NCBI GenBank assembly: GCA_008632985.1
Contig: QPGO01000028.1
Span: 124,001 to 180,307, forward strand
Length of the DNA: 56,307 bases
Reading direction: 5' to 3'
Origin: Psammoneis japonica
Lineage: Eukaryota
Shown here: one piece after another, positions 37,801-49,097 of the stretch
Numbering within the stretch: the first letter of the stretch is position 1
Layout of the letters: each line of letters begins with the position of its first letter
Translations under genes and position numbers: made by a program
The notes under the pieces: model-generated
Seen by the model: only the letters and a program-made list of their open reading frames with translations
The model's database searches: none
What the model was told of the DNA's origin: nothing

Positions 37801-39077
37801 TTGGCGAAGATGAAGGTTGCATCATGATTGTGGTCAGGGCCCCACACGGATTGAAGAGCTCTGGAGCAGTGTTCAGGGCTTTTCTGGCAGAGACGCTTTA
37901 TGATCTAGGGTGCAAACCGAGCAAGGCTGATCCGGATGTGTGGATGAGACCTGCGGTGAAACCCAACGGATTCGAGCACTGCGAATGCGTTCTAGTTTAC
38001 GTGGACGACGTGCTGTCGATTGGCCACGAACCCATGAAGACGATGGATGGCATCAGGTCCAAGTTCAAGCTCAAGGGTGATGAGGTAGCCGAACCGGATT
38101 CCCACCTCGGTGCCACGCTTTCCAAGATGACTTTAGCCGATGGGACCACCTGTTGGGCAATGTCTGCAGAGAAGTGCTGCAAGTCCGCTGTCCAAAATGT
38201 AGAGGACAGGCTTGGCAAGGAGGGGAAACGTCTGCCTGGCAAGGCGACAACCCCATTGAGCAGTGGATGCAAACCCGAGTTAGATGCCACTGGCGAGTTG
38301 GACGCTGAAGGACTTCACCATTGTCAAGAGCTGATTGGTGTGCTGGTTTGGGCGGCAGAACTCGGTGGAGTGGACATCCATTTGGAGGTTTCGTTGATGT
38401 CTGCTCACCTCGCTCTCCCTCGCATTGGTCATCTGGAACAGGCATTGCGTGTCTTTGCATGCCTTGAACAGGTCCCAAAGCGCCAAGCAGCATTCGATCC
38501 GGCTCATCCCAAGATCGATGAATCACGATTCGTGAAGTGCGACTGGTGCGACTTCTGCCGAGATGCAAGAGAAGCCATTCCGACAAATGCATCGCCAGCT
38601 CGAGGTAATGCAGTGTCGACACATTGTTTTGTGGATGCCAACCATGCCGGAAATGTTGCCGATCGCCGCAGCCATGCAGGTGTCTTGATGTTTGTCAACC
38701 GGGCACCCATTGTGTGGCACTCGAAGCGTCAGAATGCCGTGGAGGCTAGCACATTTGGAGCAGAGATCGTTGCACTCAAGAATGCTGTCGAGCTCGCAGA
38801 GAGTCTACGACACAAGCTTCGAATGTTTGGAGCACCGATCGAAGGGCCAACAAATGTCTTCTGTGACAATGAGGCCGTCCACAAGAATTGCTCTGTTCCT
38901 GAGTCTACACTCAAGAAGAAGCATCACTCCATTGCGCATCACCGTAACCGCGAAGCTGTTGCTGCGGGGACTGTTAGGATTGCAAAGGAGGGAACAGAGA
39001 CAAACCTTAGCGATCTATTCACGAAGGTCATGTCGTCTGTCAGGCGAAATTTTCTGTTAGACAAGTTCACGCACTAA
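34816..39077 (+). pseudogene. pol: Copia Pol (protease, integrase, RT, RNase H); frameshift at ~36542 and many missense changes
   Basis: PR LEMDSHADT; IN WATDTV / MDGSKEQ / QNPAEG; RT KARMVAGGH, GLKSSG, YVDD; RNase H FVDANHAG, STFGAE, CDN, NLSDLFTK. Two overlapping ORFs join at GSV/ISRTSVQR. Confidence 0.93.
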
Positions 39078-39261
39078 GATGGATGCGTGAAGCGGTGGTG
39101 AGTTTCTTCCCTAGTGAGGGTTTACACCATGCACAAAGGATTGGCGGCTTTTCCCTGGCAAGGGTTTTACGTCGATTAATGAGTCAAGATGTTTGAGCTA
39201 GATCACTGATGCAGCATTGGGTCGAATTGTGCCTTACGAGTCAGGTACATTTCGAGGGGAC

Positions 39262-39484
39262 CGAGTGAAATCCGATGTATCAGAGACTGTCTAGTGCGCT
39301 CTATAAGTTGAAGTGGCGGGACTGTGACGTGGTGTCGATGGGAAAGTGACCATGACCATCGATCGGTCTCACTTGTTGCATCCGTTGTAGTTGTAACAGG
39401 CCTAGAAGCATCTTATCGGTTGTATTCGCGTTATCGTACTAAGACTGTGAGTGGCTGAGCCTATTCGGCAGCTAGATTTACTCG
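39262..39484 (+). repeat. 3' LTR (223 bp)
   Basis: CGAGTGAAA...TTTACTCG; carries 15 TA dinucleotides versus 4 in the 5' LTR. Confidence 0.95.
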
Positions 39485-39585
39485 GACGTTTTGCAAAAAA
39501 AAAATCTCAAAAAACCGCGTGCGTCTTCGAAATCATGTTTCAAGTTTACCGGTCTGCTGAAGAAACTGAAAACAGAGCCATCCTC

Positions 39586-41032
39586 ATGAACGTGATGTCC
39601 TCTTCTTGCTATCATCGCCTGGAACGATGGCACAAATACACATTCGCCTTGATTGGTGGTTGTTTGTCGACAATTATCGTTGTGTGCTGTTGCAGATATA
39701 TTACAACGGTGTCCGTGACAACAACGACAGTAGTAGAACAGACTCAAGTCGGAACGACTTCTCACGATAATACGAACTTGTCACTGACGACCGTCCTTCA
39801 TGAAGTTGACACTGATAACGTGACAAAATTGCCCAACGTCATTGATGAGTACCTTCATTTCACCAATGTTGCCTTGAGTCGAAATGCGAATGGAAACACG
39901 ACGTTGCATGTGTTTCAGCCATCTCTGCAGACGAAACGAGCTTTGAGTTCGTGCACTCTCCCCCAATACTATCGATGGTCCTACAAGGATGACACACATA
40001 TTTACGATTTAATGCATCCCGGTACGATTGTCATCCATGACGACCGTCCCATGATGCCTGCTATGGATTGTCCTCATAATTTTCGTGATGAAATTGCCCA
40101 CTTTTATAGTCCATGGGTCACCTATCATTGTGTGCATGATTGATAATATACGACATACTCCCGAATGCAATAACCAAACTTTGGAATGTGATTTACCGTT
40201 GTCACTCTACTTGTTTCCAGGAACCGAACAACCACACCAAGAGGTCAAGGCTGCCTCGGAATTGAGGCACATGTTGTATGATTCGATACAACCGTGGACC
40301 GATATATGGGGTGGCCCAAAACAACAACCCAGCGTATCATCCGTTTGTTTCTCAGGTTTATCATGGGGACGAGGACCACGGTTTTACTACAAGGATAGAG
40401 AACCGTTCAAGCAAAATGTAAAGGACGCCGTTACCGCCTTGAATGGCATGGTGCAGTGACACTATGGATTTCCTCCCCGACACGAGATAGCAGTAGGAGA
40501 AAAGGGTAAGGCCGTGTACTTCCACCGGAAGAATACTGCCTTTCGGAGCATTCAAGATCCACGCCCCATTCTGGAGGCTTGCAAGGCGATGCAATGGGAG
40601 TGTGACGAATGCTGTGATTGGAACAAGGACAGCTTTCAAGTTATGCTGGAACATTTCCGTGATGCTCATATTGTGTTTGGACCACACGGTGCCGGGTTGA
40701 CGCACATATTATATGCTATGCCAAATGCAACTCTTGTCGACTTTGGGGAGCCAGAGAACTGGTTCCGGCAATTTGGCCGAATGGTGGAATCCGTGGGCTC
40801 TACTGGTAGTAACAGTAGCAATCCTCGAATTGTACGGGTACCAGACGTCAATAACAATTTCCGTTGGACACAAGAGGATGCCTTGAAATACTTTCGAATG
40901 GTCATCCCCCGCATCAACACAAAGGAAACGAGACCATGGGCAAGAGAAATGAGAACCGCTCCCTCGATACATAGAAAGCGATATAGAATCGAAAAGCCAT
41001 CATTCGACATACGAACGACGCTGAGTGATTGA
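39586..41032 (+). pseudogene. GT61/DUF563-like glycosyltransferase (type II membrane), disrupted
   Basis: N-terminal TM segment; C-terminal FRDAHIVFGPHGAGLTHILYAMPNATLVDF. Frame break at ~40141 and in-frame TGA at 40457-40459, after which the same frame continues. Confidence 0.7.
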
Positions 41033-41428
41033 TGGGGGCGAAGCGAGCAGCAACAGACACTCAAACCAAAAAACATCATGCACCGCAAGACATCGAAAAA
41101 GCCCACTTCCAAAGAGTGTGTCCGTAGTTACGTCATTTCGGCGGCGAATGCTTCTCATTGCGGTGGCTTGCCTCCAGAATGTGGCCACGTCTGTATGGCT
41201 GGGCGAGTGTGCCGGGGTCTCTGTTTTGTTGTTGCCTGCGACGTGAGCACTACCTTTCGAGAAGTGCAGGTGGGGAGAGTCCGCCCATCGAATCCCCGTC
41301 ATCTGTAATTCACAATAAAATTTGATTTATTGAGAAGAGTGGGAACTCTATTCGTGTGCTAAACCAAAATCAGAATACCTGTATACAACATGTGTGAGTA
41401 CCGTCGTGAATGATGTATTGCGCGGTCG

Positions 41429-42205
41429 CTACAACTCGTTGCCATGGTTTTGCGAGATGCAAATCTTTGGAAACCCAGCTTTTCCCTCAAACTCGTCGTC
41501 CGCATGATACTCTACAGAGGCATCCAGAAGTGTCGCCAAGTCATTAATTTCTTTCTCATGACGTTCTTGATCAATCCATAGACCGACTTGTCCCCCTGTA
41601 CGCAGGCATCGCGCAATCTCATTTACATTCTTTTGTGTTAGCGGAGCACCCTGCATGGTAATGTAATCTGCAAAGTGGTCCTCAAACGGAAATGAGGGGT
41701 TTGTGCTCCAATCTGGTACCTTGACTAGCAATGGAACGCTCCTATCTGGGTACTGGGAGTCCTTGTCTGTGTCGTTTACATTTATGGCATTTGCAAATCC
41801 GCTTACAACACCATCTTTTTCGTGATGACCTTCTCCTCCAATATCCAAGTGAATGCAATAATCATGGTTGATTCCAAGACTCTTGCGACTTACTTGTACA
41901 TTAGCCGGCACAGGAGGACCAATCTGACGGTTGATGTCGCAAACAATTTGTTGCAGGGTGGGACGTTGTTGTGAGCCGAGAGCGGCTTTGTTGTTGGACG
42001 TGTTGTTTGCTTTCTCTTCTTTTCCGCAATCATCATCATTGTTGAGGGCGTGTTGATGAGTCCCAACGATGGCGAGAACAACGATTGCGACAACAGCAAT
42101 AAAAGCAGCTTCTTTCGAGAGTTTCGTCGAGAAATCTTGCGTGGGGTCGAAAAAGCAAAAGGCACGCGCAGGGGGGCTGATTTCGTGCAGAAAAGCCATC
42201 GTCAT
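41429..42205 (-). CDS. Membrane-anchored/secreted protein with class I SAM-methyltransferase-like C-terminus
   Basis: Hydrophobic AAFIAVVAIVVLAIVG; HLDIGGEG (motif I-like), FPFEDHFADYI, EIARCLRTGG. Start uncertain (ORF open to 42409). Confidence 0.6.
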   Translation of the reverse strand: MTMAFLHEISPPARAFCFFDPTQDFSTKLSKEAAFIAVVAIVVLAIVGTHQHALNNDDDCGKEEKANNTSNNKAALGSQQRPTLQQIVCDINRQIGPPVPANVQVSRKSLGINHDYCIHLDIGGEGHHEKDGVVSGFANAINVNDTDKDSQYPDRSVPLLVKVPDWSTNPSFPFEDHFADYITMQGAPLTQKNVNEIARCLRTGGQVGLWIDQERHEKEINDLATLLDASVEYHADDEFEGKAGFPKICISQNHGNEL

Positions 42206-43800
42206 TCCACTGCATTCGCCTTGTCCATTCGCAGATGCACTCAACCGAGCGGCGTTCTTGCAAATTTGAAAGCTGTGCTTTGCAAGGAACGGGCCCGACA
42301 GTTTCCAATGTTGTGCGCAGGCAGGGGGGTTGCTGAACGGACAATGCTCTGGATGCCTTTGAAACTGACATTTTCCAAGTGGGAGACCATCAAGGAAGGC
42401 AACAACCATTCTAACAACATCTCAGGTTGACCGCAACCATTGCCGCGCCGCGAAAACCGACATGCGATCGATCGCGTGGCGCGCGCGCGTGCGGCTCGGC
42501 TGTCGGTCGCTCATGCGTGCAGGTCTTTCATTTCACAGAGAGTGAAGGCATCGCCCTCATCGCATCTCTTGCCTGCAAAATTGTCGGTTCCATACAAAAC
42601 GTACAGTACAAACATTTGACAAAGAACGAAATGACTGATTCAATTAAGAGTGGAGAATGGGTGTTATGTGGTGTTTCTATTGCCTTGCCAGTCAGATCCT
42701 TAAACACTGTAACATTTAAGCAATTTTTCGTTAAAAGTCGAGCGCACCGAAAGACCTCGGCTATACATGGCATACGACTCATGCTACAGTACAAATTTGA
42801 GAACACCTGGCTTTGTCGCGCACCAAGCTTTTTCGAGTTCCAGGTGCGGAAAAATTTTCCCTTCCTGCCTCGTTTGCACCAGATCAAGTGGAACACACAG
42901 AGAAAAGTGATGCCGCTCGCAGTCTCTGTCCTCTCCTTCTCCGACGAAAACAAGCGTGTACCGTCATGGGAGGGAACCTTGCAAACTACCACTGATGTCT
43001 TTTGTTGATTGCATTTGTGTCGTAATCTTTCGCGAGGATGTACAAGTCGTGGTCGATTGTGTAGAATTCTACTTGCTCTTGTACAAAATCTGCCTTGGGC
43101 GCGTGAGCTATGTCGCACAGCACTACTCTCTACGGTAATTTGACGTCATTTAGGGGAGCCAGTCATCCGCCATGCGCGAATTCTTGCAAATTGATTTGCC
43201 ATTTGTAAATTTGTATGGCAAATGCCCTCTTGGCACATCCTTGGGGCATGCATTTCGCGAGGATGATGTTTTGCATGTCGAAACGACCGCAAGATGAAGT
43301 CAAAACCAATCAGATCGAACCTTTGTGCGATGGTTGGTCCTGGTTTGCAAACATTTAACAACGAGAACCCCTCTCATTTCCTCTCTTTTCTACATACTAC
43401 CATTTTCTGAGATCGACTGATGAAGCCTCCTGCATCAAAAACCCCATAAAACGTCAACACACAAGAGACAACAACACCAATAGCGAACGGTAAGCTGAAG
43501 CTCTATTTTCAGAGATTTTGACTGAAGATTGCCACAGAAGTCGTCCAGAGTGCTATGTTGGATGTTTGCTGACAGCAGAGTGGACGCTGTCTTTAAAGTC
43601 TAGTGGATTCATCCTTGTATATGGTAACAAATTCTTCATTCGTCTCACTTATTTTCCCTCAATTGTACACAGACTACCAATAATTCAAGAAAAAGCATAA
43701 CAGCAGTATCCTGGCCGTGGGCTAGCAAGAAGCATACAACGTAGTAACAAGAACAGCTGACTTGTGACAATATACGAGGCGCGTCAAGAATACAACAAGG

Positions 43801-46800
43801 ATGAATCTCATTTTCGGAACATCCTTCTTTCTATTTCTCAACCTACTCATCTCGAAGACAACAAGTGCGACTCCTAATTTGGATCCCTCTGGTGATACCA
43901 GCGATTCCTACGAGAAAAGGCCATTCTCTACGGTAAGTCTTCCTCCAGCTTTGTACACCACGCACAATGTATCCATCTCCACTCATCTGTTTCCGCTCTG
44001 GCTATCAGCATATTGTTCCCTCGGAAGACGCATCAGACGCCAAGGAGGAGGATCAGGATTCTTCCGTTGCAACACGACGTACCGGATGGGAGAACCGCGT
44101 CATCTTTCACGGCACCGTGTGGTACGACGACAACGCTAATAGCAGAATCGACGAAGGAGAGGAAGGCGTGCCAGGCGCCATTATCCAACTCTACCGCACA
44201 TTCGGCTTCATCGATCGCGATCCGCAGCTCGTCAAAGCCACAAAAGCCCGTGGTGATGGGACGTTCATAATACTCTTGCAAGAGAAAGAAATTGTCAATA
44301 AAAACAAGTACTTCCTCAGGTTCCTTCATACCAACACTGATACCTACAAGTTTGCGCCCATCATAAAAGGTGGCGACAGTCATGTGAACAATCAAGGAGG
44401 AGACACTGTCCCGAAGACTTTGGTGTACGGAAAAACGTACCAGGTCGATGCGGGGCTCGTTGTAAGGGAAGGAGTCGTATTCTACGGTCGCGTGTGGCTC
44501 GATGCAAACCGAAACGGAAGGATCGATAGACAAGAGACTGGGTTGAGAGGCGCTAATATTCATCTATTTCATCGCGAGTTGTCAGGCAAGACTCCAAAGT
44601 TCAAGCTCATCAAGAGTGACAGGGCTCTCGGCGATGGCACATATGAGCTCCATTTGAACAGAGTTCCTGGTGGCAAATACTCTTTGAAGTTTTCCGGTCA
44701 TGACAAAGAAAAGTATGTTTTCACATCAAGACTGCCAGGTGGAGATAATCATGTCACGGCGAAAGGAAGCGCAAAACTGGAGAAAGTAGATGAAGGCAAG
44801 CGCTACAACGTAAACGCTGGAATAACTTATAAAACTCCGGTCTGTGGGGACCATGTGCTCTTCGACGAGGTCACCAAGACGCCGCTGACTGGGTCTTGCG
44901 ATGCGTACGACAAGCTTTACAAGGACTTGTGCCCGCCCGTCGACACGAGCGTTGCCAATCCTCAGTATCTTCCTCCTGGCGGCAGCAGCCCCACCTGTCC
45001 TGGCTATTGCTGCGGAAACTGGGGCTCTGGCGGGACTTGTCCCATCTCGTGGCAAAATAGCTGGCGGCATGCGTTCCCAGGAGTGATCGTTCCAGAATGC
45101 GACGGCAAGGAAGATCCTGGGGAATGTGAAGTCGTGTTGCTGAGAGACAAAAGGAATGCAGCTGGCCTCCCTTCCACCTCATGTTCTGTCGGGGAGGGTA
45201 ACTGGATCTTTCCATCTATCTCGTGCTGGACTGGCAATGACTTGACGAGTGAGGTTCGAGTGGGAGTGAACACAAAGGTGACTTTGTGCTCCCATGCTGG
45301 CGAATGCGCGAATGGCGGTTCCACATATACCCGAACGAGAACCTCTGGCCCAGAGTCGGTTCCGGTCTCTGGTCTTTCTGAGCTGCGCGTCGAGTGTGTT
45401 GCTAATAACCCATGTGATGACCGTTTGTTCTTTGATGCGGTGAACAAGATGCCACTTACCGGGCCTTGCAATGCGTACGACAAGTTCTACAAGGATTTTT
45501 GCCCGCCAGTTGACACGAGCGTCGCCAACCCTCAGTACCTTCCTCCTGGCGGCAACAGTCCCACTTGTCCTGGCTATTGCTGCGGATCGTGGGGCCAAGA
45601 CGGGACTTGCCCAAACTCATGGCAGAACAACTTGCAGAAAGCACATCGAGGAGTAATCGTTCCGGCGTGCGATGGCAAGGAAGAGCCAGGTGAATGTGAG
45701 GTCGTGTTGGTGAGAGATGAAGGGAATCATGCTCGCCTGCCTTCCTTGTCATGTTCTGTCAAAGAAGGTTACTGGTTCTTCCCATCTATCCAATGCTGGA
45801 CTGGCAATGACTTGACCAGTGAGGTCCGTCTGGGAGTGAACACAAAGGTGACTTTGTGCCCACATCATTGCGCAAGTGATGGCGGAACCACACATACTCG
45901 CACGAGAATCTCTGGCCCCAAGTCGGTTCCGGTTTCTGGTTTTTCTGAGCTGCGCGTTGAATGTATCCAGGAAGAACCCTCACCAGCTAGCTGCAAGCCT
46001 GATAATTCGTTGCTTCTCTTCTCTGGGCATGACATGGCATCTTCGTTGATGTTAGGGGAAGTCAATGTAACGTGGTCGCCCGCCTTTGTGTTTCACAAAC
46101 ACGATAAAAAGCTAATCTGGTGTGGTGATTACGTGTACGATGTCTTTATTGACTCAACTGGAGCTTTCGCCTTCGCTGCCACCAACGCAAGCTTCCCAAA
46201 GCTCCTTGAATTGGCAAACAAAGACTACCAGTATCATGTTAAACACTACGAGACACAAGACACAACACTTGCAACTTCCCTGTATCCGGGATTAACTTAC
46301 AAGATCCTTGTCACGGCACGAACTAAGACGGGTTTGGAATCCTTTAATCGCGATTTCGCCGAGGTTCAAGTGTCGTGGACAAACCCGGTTTTACGGGCCG
46401 GTTTTCAACGTGTTGTTAATCTTCCTGAACCAAATGGAGATTTCTCTGCATGGTTCGGAAAGCATGGGGGTGAGGATGTTGCCCACTTTCAAGGGGAGGT
46501 CCCTGATGAACTTCGAGACCTCAAAAAAGGGGATCATGTCTACATATCGGATGCTGACGGGAGGACAGAACTAGGACTGGTTAAGCAACTGCAAAATGAG
46601 CTCCTTGGTGGTCTGAGTCATGTCACGCTAGTCTACTCGCCTTCTGGCATGGATGGCATTTACGAGGAGCTTGACTTTGGCGCGGACGTTGCCAATGCCG
46701 ACGACTTGGATATCGATGACTTGGTCGACTTCAGCCCGGAAGTCGAGGAAATTGCGAGCGACGATGCGATCAGAAGTCTTGATGAGCATGTGCTGAAGCA

Positions 46801-48853
46801 CCTTTGCCTTGTTGCTTTCCCGGATAATGTTGATGATTGTTATTATGAGATTGTCGGAGAGGGGAGCGGGCGGCAACTAGGATGGGGACGACGCTGGTGG
46901 AGAAAGGTTAAGAAAGCAGCAAAAAAAGTGGTGAAAACTGCTCTCAACGTTCTGCAAGGCAAGTTTTCAGGAAGCGCGAGCTTCAATATCATTGATGTTG
47001 AGAGAGGAGCAAAGGCGAGCCAACATGACGGACTTGCAGAAATTGGTGTGAAGGCGGAGGTGTCCGCAAAGGTCCGAATGAAGATCAAGGTGTCAACCCT
47101 CCCACCAACCGCTGGCGGTTCCATTATATTATATGGTGGTCTTGGAGCTGATGCCTATATTTTGTTACGAGAGGCAGCGGTCATGAGACTGCAACCCAAA
47201 CCATTCGTGCTTTTCAAGACCAAGTTTGAAAAAGTGGTTCCTGTTGGACCAGTTCCTGTTTTGATTACTGTTAAGCCATCCCTTGCTGCTTTCATTGAAG
47301 CAGTTGCTGCCGTCGAATCCCAGGTATTTTCATCAATGTCCGCCGGCTGGGATTACGAATTCGGCTTCGCGGCCGGAAAGGAAATGGAGAAACCAAAAAA
47401 TAAGATTGTTGAACGTAAACCGCGTGTTAATCCGGAGTTCAACATGCGCTTTAATGCAGCAGCGGAAGTGGGTGCAACTTTTACGTTGGACGTTCGCTTT
47501 TACAAAATCTTGCAGGCAGTCGCAGCTATCGACCTGGGTTTCGGGGCCGAACTCGAAGCTGGAACCAGCCTTGAAGCAGCAGCGGTGACACCTCCCTATT
47601 TCTATACGCTTGACAAGCTTGACATTGATTTCTTCGTTAGAGGTCGAGCTGGTTTTGGCCTCAGCTTTGACATTTTGGATACAGTGAAGGATATTGCTGG
47701 AATAGACGATGATTTGATGGATGCGATCGAATACCGTCTCCCATCGCTACCCTCCGTGCCAAATGCTGTATCACCTGCGCTTGAAAAAGCGGTGGATATT
47801 GCGCGTAGTGTCGACGACTTGCACTCCAAGTTGGTGGATGTTATCGAAGAAGCAACCCAGCTTGTGCTTGAGGACCTTGACAGTTTCACAAGAAATTTTG
47901 ACACCGTCCAGCAGCTTGTAAGGGCCTTACCGGATATTATCGATAGGGGAATCAGACAGGCTCTGGATGACCTTGGTCTGCCGGAACTAATGGGAATAGG
48001 TGTCGAAGCCATTCTCGATTTCATTGATTTGAGGAAGGTTTTCAACGATGCCGTTCAACAGGTGCTGACCGCTGAACGCCCTTTTAGAAACATTGAAGAC
48101 AGTGACGTCGATGCTGCTGTCGATAAGGTGCGGTATGTGCTCAATGAAGCGGCAGGGATTGCCTTGAAAAGCAAAGACTTTTCTTTCAAGGGACTGGACT
48201 TCAGTGTTGATGACCTCCTTGCGTTGAAAGGCCTAAAAGATCCTTTCAAAGGAGTAAGGGGAGCACTGAAGGGCCAACGGTTGGATATAGACAAGGGATT
48301 CTCATTCGAATTATTCTCGGCAGATTATAAATTGCTCAGATTACCAAAAATCGAGTTGGTTCCATCTCAGCCTTGTGAAGGAGATAACAACGTGAGCCTA
48401 ACTATCAAGACCAATGTCACAAAATCTGGCGGGATACTCTCGGGAGGTATCAAGGAGGGCAAGTGGTTCGAGAACTTTCATGGAAGTCTTTCGGCCATTG
48501 GAGCCGGTCCGTGGAGGCTTGGCGATAGATCCAATCTAAACTCCGTAACCGCGACTTTGCCCGGTCGCAAAGGTCTTTACTCTCGGTACAACATGCCCAG
48601 CGGAAGTATCTACTTTCGAGCCACGCCAAAAATTCCTCCCATTCCGTATGTCATGTTGGTCAAAAGAGAATTCTCGGACATGTACGAATGCTGCGAGGGT
48701 GTACGACGTTGCCCGAAAGCTCCAATTGGTGATGGCCCCCCAGCAAGCCAGAGTGCCGACTGCGAATGTCACAGCAGCAGGCAACGTCAGAGTAAATTTT
48801 GCTGGATCCCAGATTCATCGTGCGACCCAACCATATCACGCATAGGCTACTAG
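43801..48853 (+). CDS. Large secreted protein (~1658 aa): signal peptide, two SdrD-B/CnaB-like domains, two Cys-rich ~190-aa repeats, FN3-like region; exons 43801-43932, 44009-48853
   Basis: Signal MNLIFGTSFFLFLNLLISKTTSA; in-phase intron GTAAGT..CAG 43933-44008; GTVWYDDNANSRIDEGEEGVPG and GRVWLDANRNGRIDRQETGLRG with matching D/NAG ends. Confidence 0.85.
44843..45967 (+). repeat. Intragenic tandem duplication, period ~570 bp
   Basis: Units start at 44843 and 45413; both encode CPPVDTSVANPQYLPPGG.SPTCPGYCCG. Confidence 0.9.
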
Positions 48854-49097
48854 TAGGTATGCTGCAAGTCGGGTAATTTTTAGGATGGATTGATCAATTG
48901 TAACTTGTTGATATTAGAAACACACAACAGAGAGAAACGCACAAGATAAAGATGCATTGTCAATTAGACCCGTCGTTCTCCAGAAGAGAGGGATGATGCG
49001 GTCAGCTTATTTCTCTTGAAGATGATGGATAAGACCGGCGCATTGCGGCATGGCGTGCGTGCGTTGACGTGATGTGAAGCATGAATATATAATTAAA

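Larger units (their letters stand above)
32839..39484 (+). mobile_element. Full-length Ty1/copia (CoDi-like) LTR retrotransposon, hypermutated; TSD GACG
   Basis: LTRs 32839-33058 and 39262-39484; GACG at 32835-32838 and 39485-39488; PBS-like ATCAGAGCC after the 5' LTR; purine tract GAGGGGA before the 3' LTR; gag then PR-IN-RT-RH order. Confidence 0.96.

Noticed and set aside
33349..39077. Alternative genetic code or A-to-I RNA editing as the cause of Tyr->Cys/His
   Set aside because: Neighbouring genes use standard Tyr codons. Changes occur on both strands and differ between the LTRs, which editing before integration cannot readily produce.
39262..39484. Classical RIP (CpA->TpA) acting on the 3' LTR
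   Set aside because: Formally fits the LTR differences, but conserved Tyr/Leu/Val losses and the absence of new stops in pol show TA is ancestral.
41429..42205. Methyltransferase-like gene as the effector of the mutator
   Set aside because: Apparently membrane-anchored or secreted, with no DNA methyltransferase catalytic motif; proximity alone is not evidence.
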